Source: a virus (lineage: Duplodnaviria; Caudoviricetes). Taken from it: a stretch of DNA of 64,000 nt. Below are positions 10,074 to 20,127 of this stretch, piece after piece. The stretch lies in the IMG/VR virus record IMGVR_UViG_3300024259_000011. One strand, 5' to 3'. Both the position numbers and the translations under genes were made by a program. Under the pieces are notes generated by a model. That model was not told the origin of the DNA and made no database searches. It saw only the letters and a list, made by a program, of their open reading frames with translations. The number at the start of each line of letters is the position of its first letter. Position 1 is the stretch's first letter.

Positions 10074-11462
10074 CTATTCCCTAGGGTGGTGCTGAAGATA
10101 GTGGTTTAGATCCTCGGGTGTTCCGAGACCCCACATTCTATCAATGTGGAAAACCTTAATCTTCTGGGCGTCCTCGCATGCCTGATTGTATACAGGGCAA
10201 ACATAAAACTCGTTATTAGTACGAATATCTCGCTCAATCATTTGCTCAGTATACTTTACATAATCAGAGCCCTTGCGGAAGTAATAAACTCCAGCCGTCG
10301 CAATATTGCTAATGGGATTCTTCTCTGCGACCTCTGTAACAAACCCATCGTCACCAAGCTTTGCGAAACTCCACTTGGGATGAGTCGCTTCAAAGGTAAG
10401 GATACCTCCGTCTACCTCATCTGCAACCATAGAATACATAAACTCGTTGCTGTCCCACTCAAAAACCTGATCGGAGTTTGAGATGACCAGAGGCTCATCG
10501 TTATTGATAAACTCCTTTGCCAACAATGTAGTACACGCTGCACCTTCAGTAATGCCGTCCACCTGTACAATCACACATTCCGGTGAGATGAGGTTTAATA
10601 ACTGTTGAAGATTATATTTCTCATAGTGCGACTTTTGCACGATGTAAATGTGACGAGCCTCGATGTTCAAGTTCTCCGTCACTAGTTGGATCATTGGTTT
10701 ACCGTTGACATCGATAAGCGGCTTCGGGAAAGTATACCCTGCCTTTTCAAATCGACTTCCGGCACCCGCCATTGGAATTAATACGTTCATTTTGCCTCCT
10801 TGCCATGGTGTAATAATTTTTTGAGATTTAAAGTTATGTTCGATAGCACCCTTGACCTTCTCATAGGTCACGTCGTCAGGGTTACGCACCGCGCATAAAG
10901 AAGCACCTGAACTGAGTGCTGCCTTACGACCGATGTGTGAGTCCTCTACAATAAGAGTATACTTGGGTCCGATGCCAGCTTTGATCATGCACTTCAGATA
11001 CATTTCTGGGCTGGGCTTTGGAGCCTTGACATCTTGGTTGGAATAAATAAACTCGACATACTCCAAGAGTCCCTTCTTGAGAAGCATCATCTTCACGGAT
11101 TCTCTGATAGAGTTCGATGCGCAGCAGATTCTATATCCGTCATCGCGGAGTTGCTTGAGCACCCCACGCATGCGTGTGTCATACTCCATCTCCTCGGAGA
11201 TGATCTTGTAAGTCATGTCCTGCTTGCGCTGCCACACAGTATTGTGTAGTTCCTTCGGCAAGCCCTTGTTCTTTGTGAGCATGTTCAGCTTCTTTGACGT
11301 GGGCAGCCCATCATATGTTGATAGGTGCTCAGCACGATTCACAATGTACTTTCCGTCCACTGATGCTAACGCTCTGTTTAAAGCCTCGTAGTGTAGCTCG
11401 CGAGCATCTACGAGGACGCCATCTAAATCGAAGATGACTAAGATTTCACTATTGTCTACCAT
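10074..11462 (-). CDS. HAD phosphatase fused to a nucleotidyltransferase (GT-A fold, dTDP-glucose pyrophosphorylase-like)
   Basis: N-terminal FDLDGVL/KPSP/EDS; C-terminal LIPMAGAGSRF...PKPL and GLGTPEDL. Confidence 0.9.
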   Translation of the reverse strand: MVDNSEILVIFDLDGVLVDARELHYEALNRALASVDGKYIVNRAEHLSTYDGLPTSKKLNMLTKNKGLPKELHNTVWQRKQDMTYKIISEEMEYDTRMRGVLKQLRDDGYRICCASNSIRESVKMMLLKKGLLEYVEFIYSNQDVKAPKPSPEMYLKCMIKAGIGPKYTLIVEDSHIGRKAALSSGASLCAVRNPDDVTYEKVKGAIEHNFKSQKIITPWQGGKMNVLIPMAGAGSRFEKAGYTFPKPLIDVNGKPMIQLVTENLNIEARHIYIVQKSHYEKYNLQQLLNLISPECVIVQVDGITEGAACTTLLAKEFINNDEPLVISNSDQVFEWDSNEFMYSMVADEVDGGILTFEATHPKWSFAKLGDDGFVTEVAEKNPISNIATAGVYYFRKGSDYVKYTEQMIERDIRTNNEFYVCPVYNQACEDAQKIKVFHIDRMWGLGTPEDLNHYLQHHPRE

Positions 11463-12175
11463 TATTGTCTTCCTAAAAATATTTTCTCAAATCTATGAGT
11501 TTCTTGATAACCGGGATCATAGCAGTATCCCTGAACAGAAAGCTCTGACAAGTCATAGCCCTCCATATTTAAAACCATTCCCCACACACGCTCCATCGCT
11601 TCAGACTGGCGCTTGGTTGTGGGTCGAATCTTGTCGAACCCTGCAGCCTTGAGCTTATCTAAGACAGTGCGCTTACACATGAGCATCGGTCCAAAGAGGG
11701 CGGCGAATCGATGACCCAACTCTGGCTTATAACTTGTCTTCGCCAGAAGCTGTGTGTTCGCCCAGTTGTATGTTTCATCATAAACAAATCCATTGTCTCC
11801 GGTTGGCACCTCTGCTGGTGTCCAGCCCACTCCATTCCACGAACGGAAGTAGCGCAAGGCGACAACATCTTCTTCTAGAAGATCCAAGAGCCCGTCCTTG
11901 ATTAGCATAGAATCATGAAGAAAATAATAATAATCGTAATCAGGATAGTTCTCATAGGTGTGCCAAATATTTCCAGTTGTAAGGCTTTGGTTCCCAATGT
12001 CTTCAACCTTTGCGCCAAACTGTTTAACTGCTCCATAATATGATTTGTCCTCTGAGTTACTGTCTACGATATGAATGGGAGAATCCGGATGGTGCTCGCG
12101 AATGCTTTGAACGCACGGAAGCACGACCGGGTTCGCCGGGTCAAATCGACAGGTGATTGAAAAAAGATGTTTCAT
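11462..12175 (-). CDS. Putative GT2-like glycosyltransferase
   Basis: IHIVDSNSED and YYFLHDS (DxD-like) pattern; cluster context. Confidence 0.55.
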   Translation of the reverse strand: MKHLFSITCRFDPANPVVLPCVQSIREHHPDSPIHIVDSNSEDKSYYGAVKQFGAKVEDIGNQSLTTGNIWHTYENYPDYDYYYFLHDSMLIKDGLLDLLEEDVVALRYFRSWNGVGWTPAEVPTGDNGFVYDETYNWANTQLLAKTSYKPELGHRFAALFGPMLMCKRTVLDKLKAAGFDKIRPTTKRQSEAMERVWGMVLNMEGYDLSELSVQGYCYDPGYQETHRFEKIFLGRQ

Positions 12176-13083
12176 TTGAATCGTGGTGGGGCTGTAGATT
12201 GAATCAGGCGCTCATAGAGAAGCGTTGCTTTGTCAACACCTACAGACATTATCCTTGTGAGCTTCGGGCGATATCGGGAGCCATAGAATCCATCGTTCCG
12301 CCACACTCGCATAAGAACACTACCATCGCGGTCGCGATAAATACGCATTTGGTCAGGCATGCCAAGACCCCAGCCGCGAGAGTCGCGACCTAGGTTGTTG
12401 TCGTTGTCCCATACGTCGTTGACCAACAGTTCATAGCCGGCTCTGTTTGCCGTCAAGCCCCACAAGGATTGCTCGTTGAGTCCTTGCTCCATCATGGGGT
12501 TCTGAATAATGTCAGCGTCAAGAGATACGCGATAGATGTCTTCGATAACTTTCTGGTAAGGTCCGGCGGATTGCCAGCCCAAGACTGCAGCAAACACTTG
12601 AAACTTGCTGGCTTCTTCTTCGGTCAAGCCGATACCCTTGTGGTAGTTCTCACTGGTTCGCCAATCGTTTCTCCAACGTTGATCGGAAGAAAAGAACAGC
12701 CCGTCGCGGGCAATGACTTCAAAGACTTTTTCAACGTTAGTAAACGGAGCGATACCAGAGTCAATCCAAAGAATGTTCTTTCCATACTCCTGTGCATGAT
12801 GGACGGCGCCGCACTTCCAAACGTGATTGCGGCTCTGACTCGTCTGCTCGTCAGTCATACAGTCGGTGTAGCCCTCGTAAGGGTCTTCGGGGAACTCAAC
12901 AACTTGAGTCTTTGGATATTCATTAAGGATTGCCTTCTCTTCATCCGTGAGTCCCAGATTAAAAACAATAATCTGATCCACAACATCACCTGAAAAACAT
13001 AAAATGTGCTCAATCATCGTACGACCCGAAGTGAAGTACTCGCCGGAGTTGTTGAACGCTGTGGCGATAATATTATTATACAT
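12172..13083 (-). CDS. Putative glycosyltransferase-like protein
   Basis: FNLGL, WK and ILWIDSG (DxG) pattern; cluster context. Confidence 0.5.
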   Translation of the reverse strand: MYNNIIATAFNNSGEYFTSGRTMIEHILCFSGDVVDQIIVFNLGLTDEEKAILNEYPKTQVVEFPEDPYEGYTDCMTDEQTSQSRNHVWKCGAVHHAQEYGKNILWIDSGIAPFTNVEKVFEVIARDGLFFSSDQRWRNDWRTSENYHKGIGLTEEEASKFQVFAAVLGWQSAGPYQKVIEDIYRVSLDADIIQNPMMEQGLNEQSLWGLTANRAGYELLVNDVWDNDNNLGRDSRGWGLGMPDQMRIYRDRDGSVLMRVWRNDGFYGSRYRPKLTRIMSVGVDKATLLYERLIQSTAPPRFK

Positions 13084-13085
13084 CT

Positions 13086-13421
13086 CTATCCCTTATACGC
13101 TCTGATTGCAACGATCTTGCTATCGGAATTGAACTCAATGATGTCCACAACTAGGAAAGGGTCCATTCCTGTTATCATAATCTCGATTTCAGCCGAAATT
13201 GTAAGGTCATCTGTGTCAAAATGTAGCGCAATTGGGCGCACCACGATGGCTTCCACGTTCTCAAAAAGTGCCGCATTTGCCTTCAATACCGGATATTTGC
13301 CTACATACGTCCCTTCCCAGTCTCGTAAATAAATGTTATCGGCATACAACTCCCCTAAACGCTCTGTGTCTTTAGCCGAAAATGCGTCAAAATACGCTAC
13401 TGCTGTTGAATATAAATCCAT
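13086..13421 (-). CDS. SnoaL/NTF2-like protein
   Basis: YFDAFSAKD...LYADNIYLRDW...VDIIEF. Start placed at MDLYST after AAGGAG rather than at the ORF-track start. Confidence 0.8.
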   Translation of the reverse strand: MDLYSTAVAYFDAFSAKDTERLGELYADNIYLRDWEGTYVGKYPVLKANAALFENVEAIVVRPIALHFDTDDLTISAEIEIMITGMDPFLVVDIIEFNSDSKIVAIRAYKG

Positions 13422-13431
13422 TTGTTTCTCC

Positions 13432-14322
13432 TTAATACCTTTGACCCGGGTGGACCTTGTATTCGTCCTCTCGGGGCTCTTCTCTGTTTGGTCCCACAAT
13501 CGAGTGGAAAATGTGTACAACGAATGGACCGCCGATGTCAATAAACGGCACGCCTTGCACTCGTTGGGCAGCTTGGATTCCCCAAAAACTCAGGTTCCAA
13601 GTGCGGTCTGGGTTAGAACCCTGAAAATCAATCTCTGAGAAGGTCGTCCCATCCATATAATGGCAGTTAAAGTCTGCTCTAACGGTGTGGGCTACAAACC
13701 TTACCCTAGGATCTGTAGGGTCTTCAAAGTCTCTACGCATGTCAGCAGCCAAGTCCTCTGGATCTTGATGCCAAATGTCTTTTAAAACCCGGAGGTCACC
13801 GTCGCCCAAAGAATCAGCGTAGTCGCTGCCAAAGTAATAAGTGATCTCATCTGATGGGACGAAGGCTCCTCGTTGGAGATATTGTAGAATTTCATCTTTT
13901 TGAATATATTCTTTTGCATTAGCGGTTGGTGGGGTAAAGATAAAGCGACTATCAGTACTTATTGACGTGTCAATATCTCCCAAGCCCTTCATAAAGTTGG
14001 CAGAAACCCCATAATCTGACTTTAACATTAGTACTTTAGCAGGATTTGCCTCTTGACAATGACTAGTTAAATAAAGCATGTCCTGCCCAAGAGTCTTTCC
14101 ATCGCTCTTGGGCAGGATCTCAATCTTATCAAAATGGTGTCGAAGCCTATATTTATCGATCAGACCGAGAAGCTTGTTGTTCGGCAACTCCTGAGGGTGG
14201 GTATTGTAGATGTACATTACATCAAACTTATAATCCACGCTCTGGTTTGCCAAAGAGTTAAAACAAATGTCAGCATGCTCTTCGCCTAATGTGGCATGCG
14301 TGTTAAAGTAGCAGATTCTCAA
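13432..14322 (-). CDS. Hypothetical, possible glycosyltransferase-like protein
   Basis: 296-aa ORF within the glycan cluster; LKSD and HIFH motifs. Confidence 0.45.
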   Translation of the reverse strand: MRICYFNTHATLGEEHADICFNSLANQSVDYKFDVMYIYNTHPQELPNNKLLGLIDKYRLRHHFDKIEILPKSDGKTLGQDMLYLTSHCQEANPAKVLMLKSDYGVSANFMKGLGDIDTSISTDSRFIFTPPTANAKEYIQKDEILQYLQRGAFVPSDEITYYFGSDYADSLGDGDLRVLKDIWHQDPEDLAADMRRDFEDPTDPRVRFVAHTVRADFNCHYMDGTTFSEIDFQGSNPDRTWNLSFWGIQAAQRVQGVPFIDIGGPFVVHIFHSIVGPNREEPREDEYKVHPGQRY

Positions 14323-15089
14323 AGTACTACCTCATAATATTGTCCCTTGGGTTTAATAATCTTACAGTCTTGCATTTCCTCGATTGTTGCCTCGTCAAGA
14401 GGAAGCTGAAATGAGCTTCTTTCGGGGTGCAAGCGCGCACGAAGGTCTAAGATGTTCGGGCGCTTGCCGCCAGTCATCGCAACTCCGTCCATAATATGCA
14501 TAACGTACTGCCGGTCAGTGGCAAGGATTTGATAGCCGTCATTTTTCGAGCGTTCGATTCCCTTCACTTCGTACTCCCAACAGTCTTCTCCACGAATCAA
14601 GTATTTCATTAGATAATCCTTGTTCCAGATGTTAAAGCGCAGAGCCAGACGATAGCTGGCGTCTTGTGTTAACTCAATTATATCATACTCTCCGCGATTT
14701 TCAACTAAATTGTTGCTGCGCTGAGAGGGACCGGGGGTTAAATCGACTCGTCCAATCTTTGGATTGAGGCGATCTACCAAATCATTATAGATTGACATGT
14801 CAAGCGGCTTAAGAAAAAACTCATTCTCAAGCATATGCACAAAGTATTCGTCTTCGATGCCTTTGAAATAATCAAGATGATCATCGGTCCAGTACTTCAG
14901 ACCGCGTTGTTCGCCCAAAGAGACGAACTCATAGTTAGATGGAAGGTCGAACTGCGGATGGTCAAACCCTACGATTACGACTTTCTGTTCTGGCGACCAA
15001 AACTTGTTTAATAGGAAGCTGAATGGTCGCAGGATATGCAGATAATCGTTAGATGTAAAGACGTATACATTTAAATCTTGTGTTGTCAT
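14319..15089 (-). CDS. Hypothetical, possible glycosyltransferase-like protein
   Basis: Start at MTTQDL after AGGGGG; W..E motif; cluster context. Confidence 0.45.
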   Translation of the reverse strand: MTTQDLNVYVFTSNDYLHILRPFSFLLNKFWSPEQKVVIVGFDHPQFDLPSNYEFVSLGEQRGLKYWTDDHLDYFKGIEDEYFVHMLENEFFLKPLDMSIYNDLVDRLNPKIGRVDLTPGPSQRSNNLVENRGEYDIIELTQDASYRLALRFNIWNKDYLMKYLIRGEDCWEYEVKGIERSKNDGYQILATDRQYVMHIMDGVAMTGGKRPNILDLRARLHPERSSFQLPLDEATIEEMQDCKIIKPKGQYYEVVL

Positions 15090-15090
15090 G

Positions 15091-15909
15091 TCAGCCCCCT
15101 TGAATAAAGTATGTGACGATAGAGTTTTCGATAGGCTTGCCATGCCAGAAGGCTTTTAAACCATGGTGTTCACCCAAGCTGGCTAACGTATCTTTGCTGA
15201 AATAATATAAATGCTCTGCCGGCTTGATGTGTTTCCACTCTACGCCTTCGTTTTTATAGTTCTCGCATTCAATATCATGAGTACCTACGACAAGCACACC
15301 CTTAGGGGATAGTCTCTTCACCATCTCAGCCATTAAAATGTCCGGGCGAGCAACGTGTTCAATAGTATTAAAGCACATGATGACATCAAACGTGCCATTG
15401 TCGTAATCCTCAATGTATCCCTGCTCTAGAGGGACAGCATACTTTTCGATGCCCTCATCAACATCTTGTTGGTTGGGGTCGATCCCATGCGCTGAGAATC
15501 CTGCCTCTTGTGCCGCATCGACTAGGAAACCCATTGAGCAGCCAACATCGAGAAACCTGCCAGTCGGATTAAACCGCAAAGGCGGAGGCAGCAGGCGATA
15601 AAAGCTTTGAAGAAAGCCAATGCGTTCAACAGAAATCATTTCAAACTCTTCACAGCGCTCATCAATCCTGCGCTCACCGATGCTGGTTTGATACTCTCGC
15701 CAGTAGTCGCCCTCGTACTTGTCACTCCAGTGATCGTTGGGTTGTGGCGGGTGGGATGCAATGAAACCACAGTTGGAGCATTGTTTAATATCAAGCTTTT
15801 GCTTGCCGCGCCGGGACGCAGGCAAGTCAGAAAACTTATGCACAATCTTACGACGTTTTCCGCCGCAAATCAAGCATCCGCTTTTTTCTGTTCTATCCTT
15901 CATTCGCAT
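15091..15909 (-). CDS. Class I SAM-dependent methyltransferase with N-terminal zinc ribbon
   Basis: CLICGG...CSNCG, FLDVGCSMG, NTIEHV and EHLYYF motifs. Confidence 0.85.
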   Translation of the reverse strand: MRMKDRTEKSGCLICGGKRRKIVHKFSDLPASRRGKQKLDIKQCSNCGFIASHPPQPNDHWSDKYEGDYWREYQTSIGERRIDERCEEFEMISVERIGFLQSFYRLLPPPLRFNPTGRFLDVGCSMGFLVDAAQEAGFSAHGIDPNQQDVDEGIEKYAVPLEQGYIEDYDNGTFDVIMCFNTIEHVARPDILMAEMVKRLSPKGVLVVGTHDIECENYKNEGVEWKHIKPAEHLYYFSKDTLASLGEHHGLKAFWHGKPIENSIVTYFIQGG

Positions 15910-16807
15910 ACCATGTGTTTTTGCCGATAGTGATGGCTTCATAAATTGTATTCCATAGATTATACTTGTTGAGGATTAGCTCTCTCGCCTCAGTCATCGC
16001 CGGAATATGATCTTCAAAGTTGTCCTCTTCGAGAAGCTTAATAATCCGTTCTATTTCATTATGATTTCGAGCATCGAACGGAATGTAAGAGCCCTCGGGA
16101 AAGAACTCATGAATGTTGGAGATTCCGGGTGCAACATTATAAATAGGCAAAGCCCAAGACAGTAATGTATCTGTGAATTGTGTTGCGAAATAATTTGGGT
16201 AAGTTCCATTGTCGAAAGCCAAGCAATAACGGTAGTCTTTAAGAGTATTATACTTGTCATCGTCTTTAATTTCAAGCACAAAATCAGTTAATTCTGGAAG
16301 TTTACTGATTCGTCCGTATAAATCAAACTTATCAGCGTGGCGCTTTTGTAGTTCTTTAACAAACTGTACGCGGGTATCCATGCCCGGTAGCCATGTCTTT
16401 TCAGAAACAGTGCAAGACATTCCTTTGTTCTTTTTCTGGGGCTGTAGCTTGAGCAGTTGATCATAAGTTTTTGTATACCCGGAGCGCTCGCAGTACCAGA
16501 AGCTAGAAAAGTAAGATTCACCGGTCAGGAAGGAGAACCGCCTGATACGTGGATCCATTGGTCCCATACCTCGACCGACACCCCGGGGCTCACGACTAAA
16601 ATAGAAAGTCTTGTTAGCATCCGGTGTCTGGTGATCTGTTGCTTCCAAGATAACGTAGTAGTCGGCATCGTTTATATCCGGCACTCCCTTCATATCTTTC
16701 CACACGCCAGAGTTCCCGGGCGTTTGCCGCTTGGCTCGCTCCAGCAGTTCATTCTGGCTCATGTTGTCCATGCCGCGTGAGGGCATAAAGTAAATCTTAA
16801 AACTCAT
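15893..16807 (-). CDS. GT10 (alpha-1,3/4-fucosyltransferase-like) glycosyltransferase
   Basis: KYNTLKDYRYCLAFDNG..PNYFATQF.D...ALPIY resembles the GT10 signature YKFxLxFEN...YxTEK, with degenerate positions. Confidence 0.65.
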   Translation of the reverse strand: MSFKIYFMPSRGMDNMSQNELLERAKRQTPGNSGVWKDMKGVPDINDADYYVILEATDHQTPDANKTFYFSREPRGVGRGMGPMDPRIRRFSFLTGESYFSSFWYCERSGYTKTYDQLLKLQPQKKNKGMSCTVSEKTWLPGMDTRVQFVKELQKRHADKFDLYGRISKLPELTDFVLEIKDDDKYNTLKDYRYCLAFDNGTYPNYFATQFTDTLLSWALPIYNVAPGISNIHEFFPEGSYIPFDARNHNEIERIIKLLEEDNFEDHIPAMTEARELILNKYNLWNTIYEAITIGKNTWYANEG

Positions 16808-16809
16808 TG

Positions 16810-17616
16810 TTAATCTCTGCAGTCTCTATAGTGGTAGTTAAATGTTGTTAACTGATCGCCCCAAGCCTGCTCCAGTAGATGTACTTGGCGGAGCGTGTAC
16901 TTGTCTTTATGCGTTTCTTCAACTGGGTTTATATTGCTTTCTTCTGCAGCAACGTTCCGATATGGAATCTCGTTCCTTTCGCACCAACTGGTAAAGTCTG
17001 TCTGTAGATATTCGGTTCTCAATATGTTTTCCATCTTAGGAATCAAAGTTCCGTCTTTCCTGTATAGCTGGGCAAATAAGTTCTGCTTAAGTGGCGGAAT
17101 GTGCCAGTCCTTTCCCTCATCCAAATAATGCTCTACAAAATCATGAAATGTGGTTGTTCCCATAATCGCATTGCAGCCAAACCAGCCGCCGTGGTTATCA
17201 GTTGTTGCAACCCAATCGTCCATGTACTTTGGACGATACCGCCAATATGAATAAAATAAATCAAATGGATTCCTGATAATCGTAACGTAGCCTATGTGGT
17301 CATTCTCTTCCGTATAGTCTGGGCTGAACTTAAGATGATATGGCATGTCCTCCAGAAACGGCATATGAAAATATTTTGTAGCTTTGGGCTTCCATCCGTT
17401 GACTGTAAACCTATACGGAAATGAATGTCCTAGATTCTCTACTTTAGCCCCTAGGGGTTCAACCGAATCCGCCTTTGACACTACATGCTTTCCTAGATTG
17501 TCCATCAGATAGAGATATTCCATCTTTTCTGGGGGAGGCTTAAAAGCATCAAGTGAGTTCTTAAGCCAAGTCCCTCCCGTTTTGGGAACATGAATAAATA
17601 GCCATTTAGAAATCAT
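16810..17616 (-). CDS. Sulfotransferase (Sulfotransfer_2-like)
   Basis: FIHVPKTGGT (5' PSB) and IRNPFDLFYSYW (3' PB). Start moved to MISKWL because the ORF-track N-terminus overlaps the upstream gene. Confidence 0.8.
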   Translation of the reverse strand: MISKWLFIHVPKTGGTWLKNSLDAFKPPPEKMEYLYLMDNLGKHVVSKADSVEPLGAKVENLGHSFPYRFTVNGWKPKATKYFHMPFLEDMPYHLKFSPDYTEENDHIGYVTIIRNPFDLFYSYWRYRPKYMDDWVATTDNHGGWFGCNAIMGTTTFHDFVEHYLDEGKDWHIPPLKQNLFAQLYRKDGTLIPKMENILRTEYLQTDFTSWCERNEIPYRNVAAEESNINPVEETHKDKYTLRQVHLLEQAWGDQLTTFNYHYRDCRD

Positions 17617-19054
17617 AGTCGAACATCTCAATGTCTTCTTGATATCTCTCCGCAACTTTGGCACGGAGGTTGTCAGTATAGTAATCTTTGTAGGCGCCGG
17701 AGTTCGAGGAAACGTTAATGTTCCCAAGCTCGTTGTCAATATTGACGTTGGCACACAAATACGCCCATTCTTCTTCGATGTTCTCCAGCTTTCCAACATG
17801 GTTAACGAATACTTCACCGCGATGTGTGATGAATGTATGTTGTGACCTGAAATGGTCTTCCGCCAACTCATCTGGAATTGCGCAGACCGCATCTGCGAAA
17901 TCAGAGAACGTCATGTCAGGCTGAAATAAGTCTCCGTAGTTTTTTACCAAAGCGCGGTGGACGCCATTCTCATAAAAATCGTTTGTATCTCCAGACGCAA
18001 GAATCTTATTCTTATAGCAAGAGACAAGTCGATCCCATGGATTGCGAACTATTGCGAACTTTAGATAATCCCACACACGGTCTGTAGCCATCAAATGCTT
18101 AGATGCGATTGGCCAATTGGCAGCGTGCATCGCCTCAAAAGAGTGTAAGTCGTTAAATACATCCTCTTTAGCTTCGGTGCTGATATTCACTTCTACGTCG
18201 AACTTGGTCGCCAGCGCCATTTTAAGACTGCTGCATGCGACCTTTGGAATGAAAGTATACACAAACCGATTTGCCTCTGAGACAATGCAGGTCGATGGGT
18301 ATTGCCCATGTTCCTGCGGGAGTGTTGCATAAGGACGCTTGGCACGAATCTCATTCTCCGTTCGGATCTGCAACTCGTTATCAATCTTATGATCGTTTAG
18401 CGGGTTTGACATATTGTAAACGTATAAAGGTTCAGTTACGTGAGTGCTCTTTGCTCCAGCCATCTCCAGCATTGGGAACATGAAAGCTAAGTCCCATGCC
18501 ATGCGGTAAAAGTTGCCATCAGTGTCCTTAAGATCTGCAGGGTCAATGCGCTTCCACAGGTCGTGCTTAAACGTACGCAAGTGAGAAGCCTGCCACGGGG
18601 ATCTTCTTAAGACACTATTAGCTACCCATTCGTTAGGGATTTGCTTCGCAAACTTACCCTTCATCCCAGATGGATATTCGGCGTAGCTACCGTAAGTCAT
18701 TCTGCAATCTGAGTTCTTATAGATTTGGTCTAAAGCATACAATACGTCTCTGCGAGACAGCCAGTCATCACCGTCAAGGGTTACAATAACGTCTTCCGGG
18801 GAGGGGTCTGCGATCTTAATGCCATCGTAAATATTCTTAAGAGCATATGCTTTTTCTTGCACCTCAATAAATATAAAGCGAGGGTCATCACCGATCTCTT
18901 CGCGTACAATCTTTGCTGTACCATCTGTTGACATGTCATCCAATAGGATACATTGGAAATCTTTATAGTCCTGCGCCTTGACCGAACGAATACAAACTTT
19001 AATCCACTTCTCTACGTTGTAAAACGGAACAATGATTTTAAAATGGTTACCCAT
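17606..19054 (-). CDS. GT2 glycosyltransferase fused to a sulfotransferase domain
   Basis: IIVPFYN, LLDDMSTDGT and LDGDDW in the N-half; FIPKVACSS and IVRNPWDRLVSCY in the C-half. Confidence 0.85.
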   Translation of the reverse strand: MGNHFKIIVPFYNVEKWIKVCIRSVKAQDYKDFQCILLDDMSTDGTAKIVREEIGDDPRFIFIEVQEKAYALKNIYDGIKIADPSPEDVIVTLDGDDWLSRRDVLYALDQIYKNSDCRMTYGSYAEYPSGMKGKFAKQIPNEWVANSVLRRSPWQASHLRTFKHDLWKRIDPADLKDTDGNFYRMAWDLAFMFPMLEMAGAKSTHVTEPLYVYNMSNPLNDHKIDNELQIRTENEIRAKRPYATLPQEHGQYPSTCIVSEANRFVYTFIPKVACSSLKMALATKFDVEVNISTEAKEDVFNDLHSFEAMHAANWPIASKHLMATDRVWDYLKFAIVRNPWDRLVSCYKNKILASGDTNDFYENGVHRALVKNYGDLFQPDMTFSDFADAVCAIPDELAEDHFRSQHTFITHRGEVFVNHVGKLENIEEEWAYLCANVNIDNELGNINVSSNSGAYKDYYTDNLRAKVAERYQEDIEMFDYDF

Positions 19055-19898
19055 TTAATATCCCCTTCACGATCTGCGGAATCTCTTCTCGTTTCTGATG
19101 CATTACCTCAATAAGTTCTGTGCCCTTGAGCCCAAACCACTTTTCTTTAGTGGCGCCAACATTCTGATTTGTAATAACTGTCATACCCATCATCCTAGCT
19201 TCAACTGCGATGCGGGAAAGTGTCTCTGGTGTCTGTGGGAAGAACACAATTCTTTTATAGCTTCCGAGCCTTTGCAGGAACTCATGATAATCACAAGGAG
19301 CGATCAGTTCATATTTTAGTTGCTTCATCCTGCAGTAGCGTACGGCTCCAACAGTATTCTTGTGCCAGTTGTCAGTCTGCATAATCGCACAGGTGTCCAC
19401 CTTCTCTTGACTTGACAAGTCTTTCATGAGGGACAGGCTTTCTGGCGACCAAAGGTTGCCGCCCAAACTCTTGATGGTTTCCAACCCTAAGTTCTTCCGT
19501 ACGATATCCGCGTGGAAATCTGATTGGCACAATACTGCTGCAGCATTCTTATAAAGCTCATAGTGAACAATATCCGACCGGGGTACCTGATAATCTGGGT
19601 ACTCTGCTGGGTTACGATTACGCACGTATTTATGATCGTGCTCGTAAATAATGTACTTCGCTTTTTCAACCAGCTTTTTATAACTTTGATATGGTAGTTG
19701 AAGAAAGTTAGAAACAATATAATAGTCTACCAGTCCATACTCGATGGCAACAGGGTCTAAGTTTCTACTCTTGACTTTCATGATATGAAAATCGGCAGAA
19801 AGAAGCTTAATAAGTTCATCGTTATTCACTTCTCCTCCGCCGCTGATCTCGTCAGCAAAGAAATCAGCTACAAATGCTATTGTTGGCTTTCTGCTCAT
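19047..19898 (-). CDS. Putative GT-B glycosyltransferase
   Basis: GGGE motif and ETLSRIAVEARMMG donor-binding motif. Confidence 0.6.
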   Translation of the reverse strand: MSRKPTIAFVADFFADEISGGGEVNNDELIKLLSADFHIMKVKSRNLDPVAIEYGLVDYYIVSNFLQLPYQSYKKLVEKAKYIIYEHDHKYVRNRNPAEYPDYQVPRSDIVHYELYKNAAAVLCQSDFHADIVRKNLGLETIKSLGGNLWSPESLSLMKDLSSQEKVDTCAIMQTDNWHKNTVGAVRYCRMKQLKYELIAPCDYHEFLQRLGSYKRIVFFPQTPETLSRIAVEARMMGMTVITNQNVGATKEKWFGLKGTELIEVMHQKREEIPQIVKGILNG

Positions 19899-20127
19899 TC
19901 ATTCTTTCCTTAAAATCTTCTTTGTCCTCTACATGCCCTTCTTCAAACCACATAACATCGCCATGCTTGTTTCGCAGGACGCCATAAGTTATATGGTCGG
20001 AATAAACGTGATGCTGACGAACTTCAGTTACAACGCCGAAGCCGGCATCGCGACCCATGATACCTTCTGCATATGCTTCGTACCATCGGACAAACTGTCC
20101 AACTTCGTATTTATTCGTGCTCTTCAA
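19864..20127 (-). CDS. Small KVGD-type beta-barrel protein
   Basis: YEVGQFVRW...GVV; TTG start 6 nt after GGAGG. Confidence 0.55.
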   Translation of the reverse strand: MKSTNKYEVGQFVRWYEAYAEGIMGRDAGFGVVTEVRQHHVYSDHITYGVLRNKHGDVMWFEEGHVEDKEDFKERMNEQKANNSICS

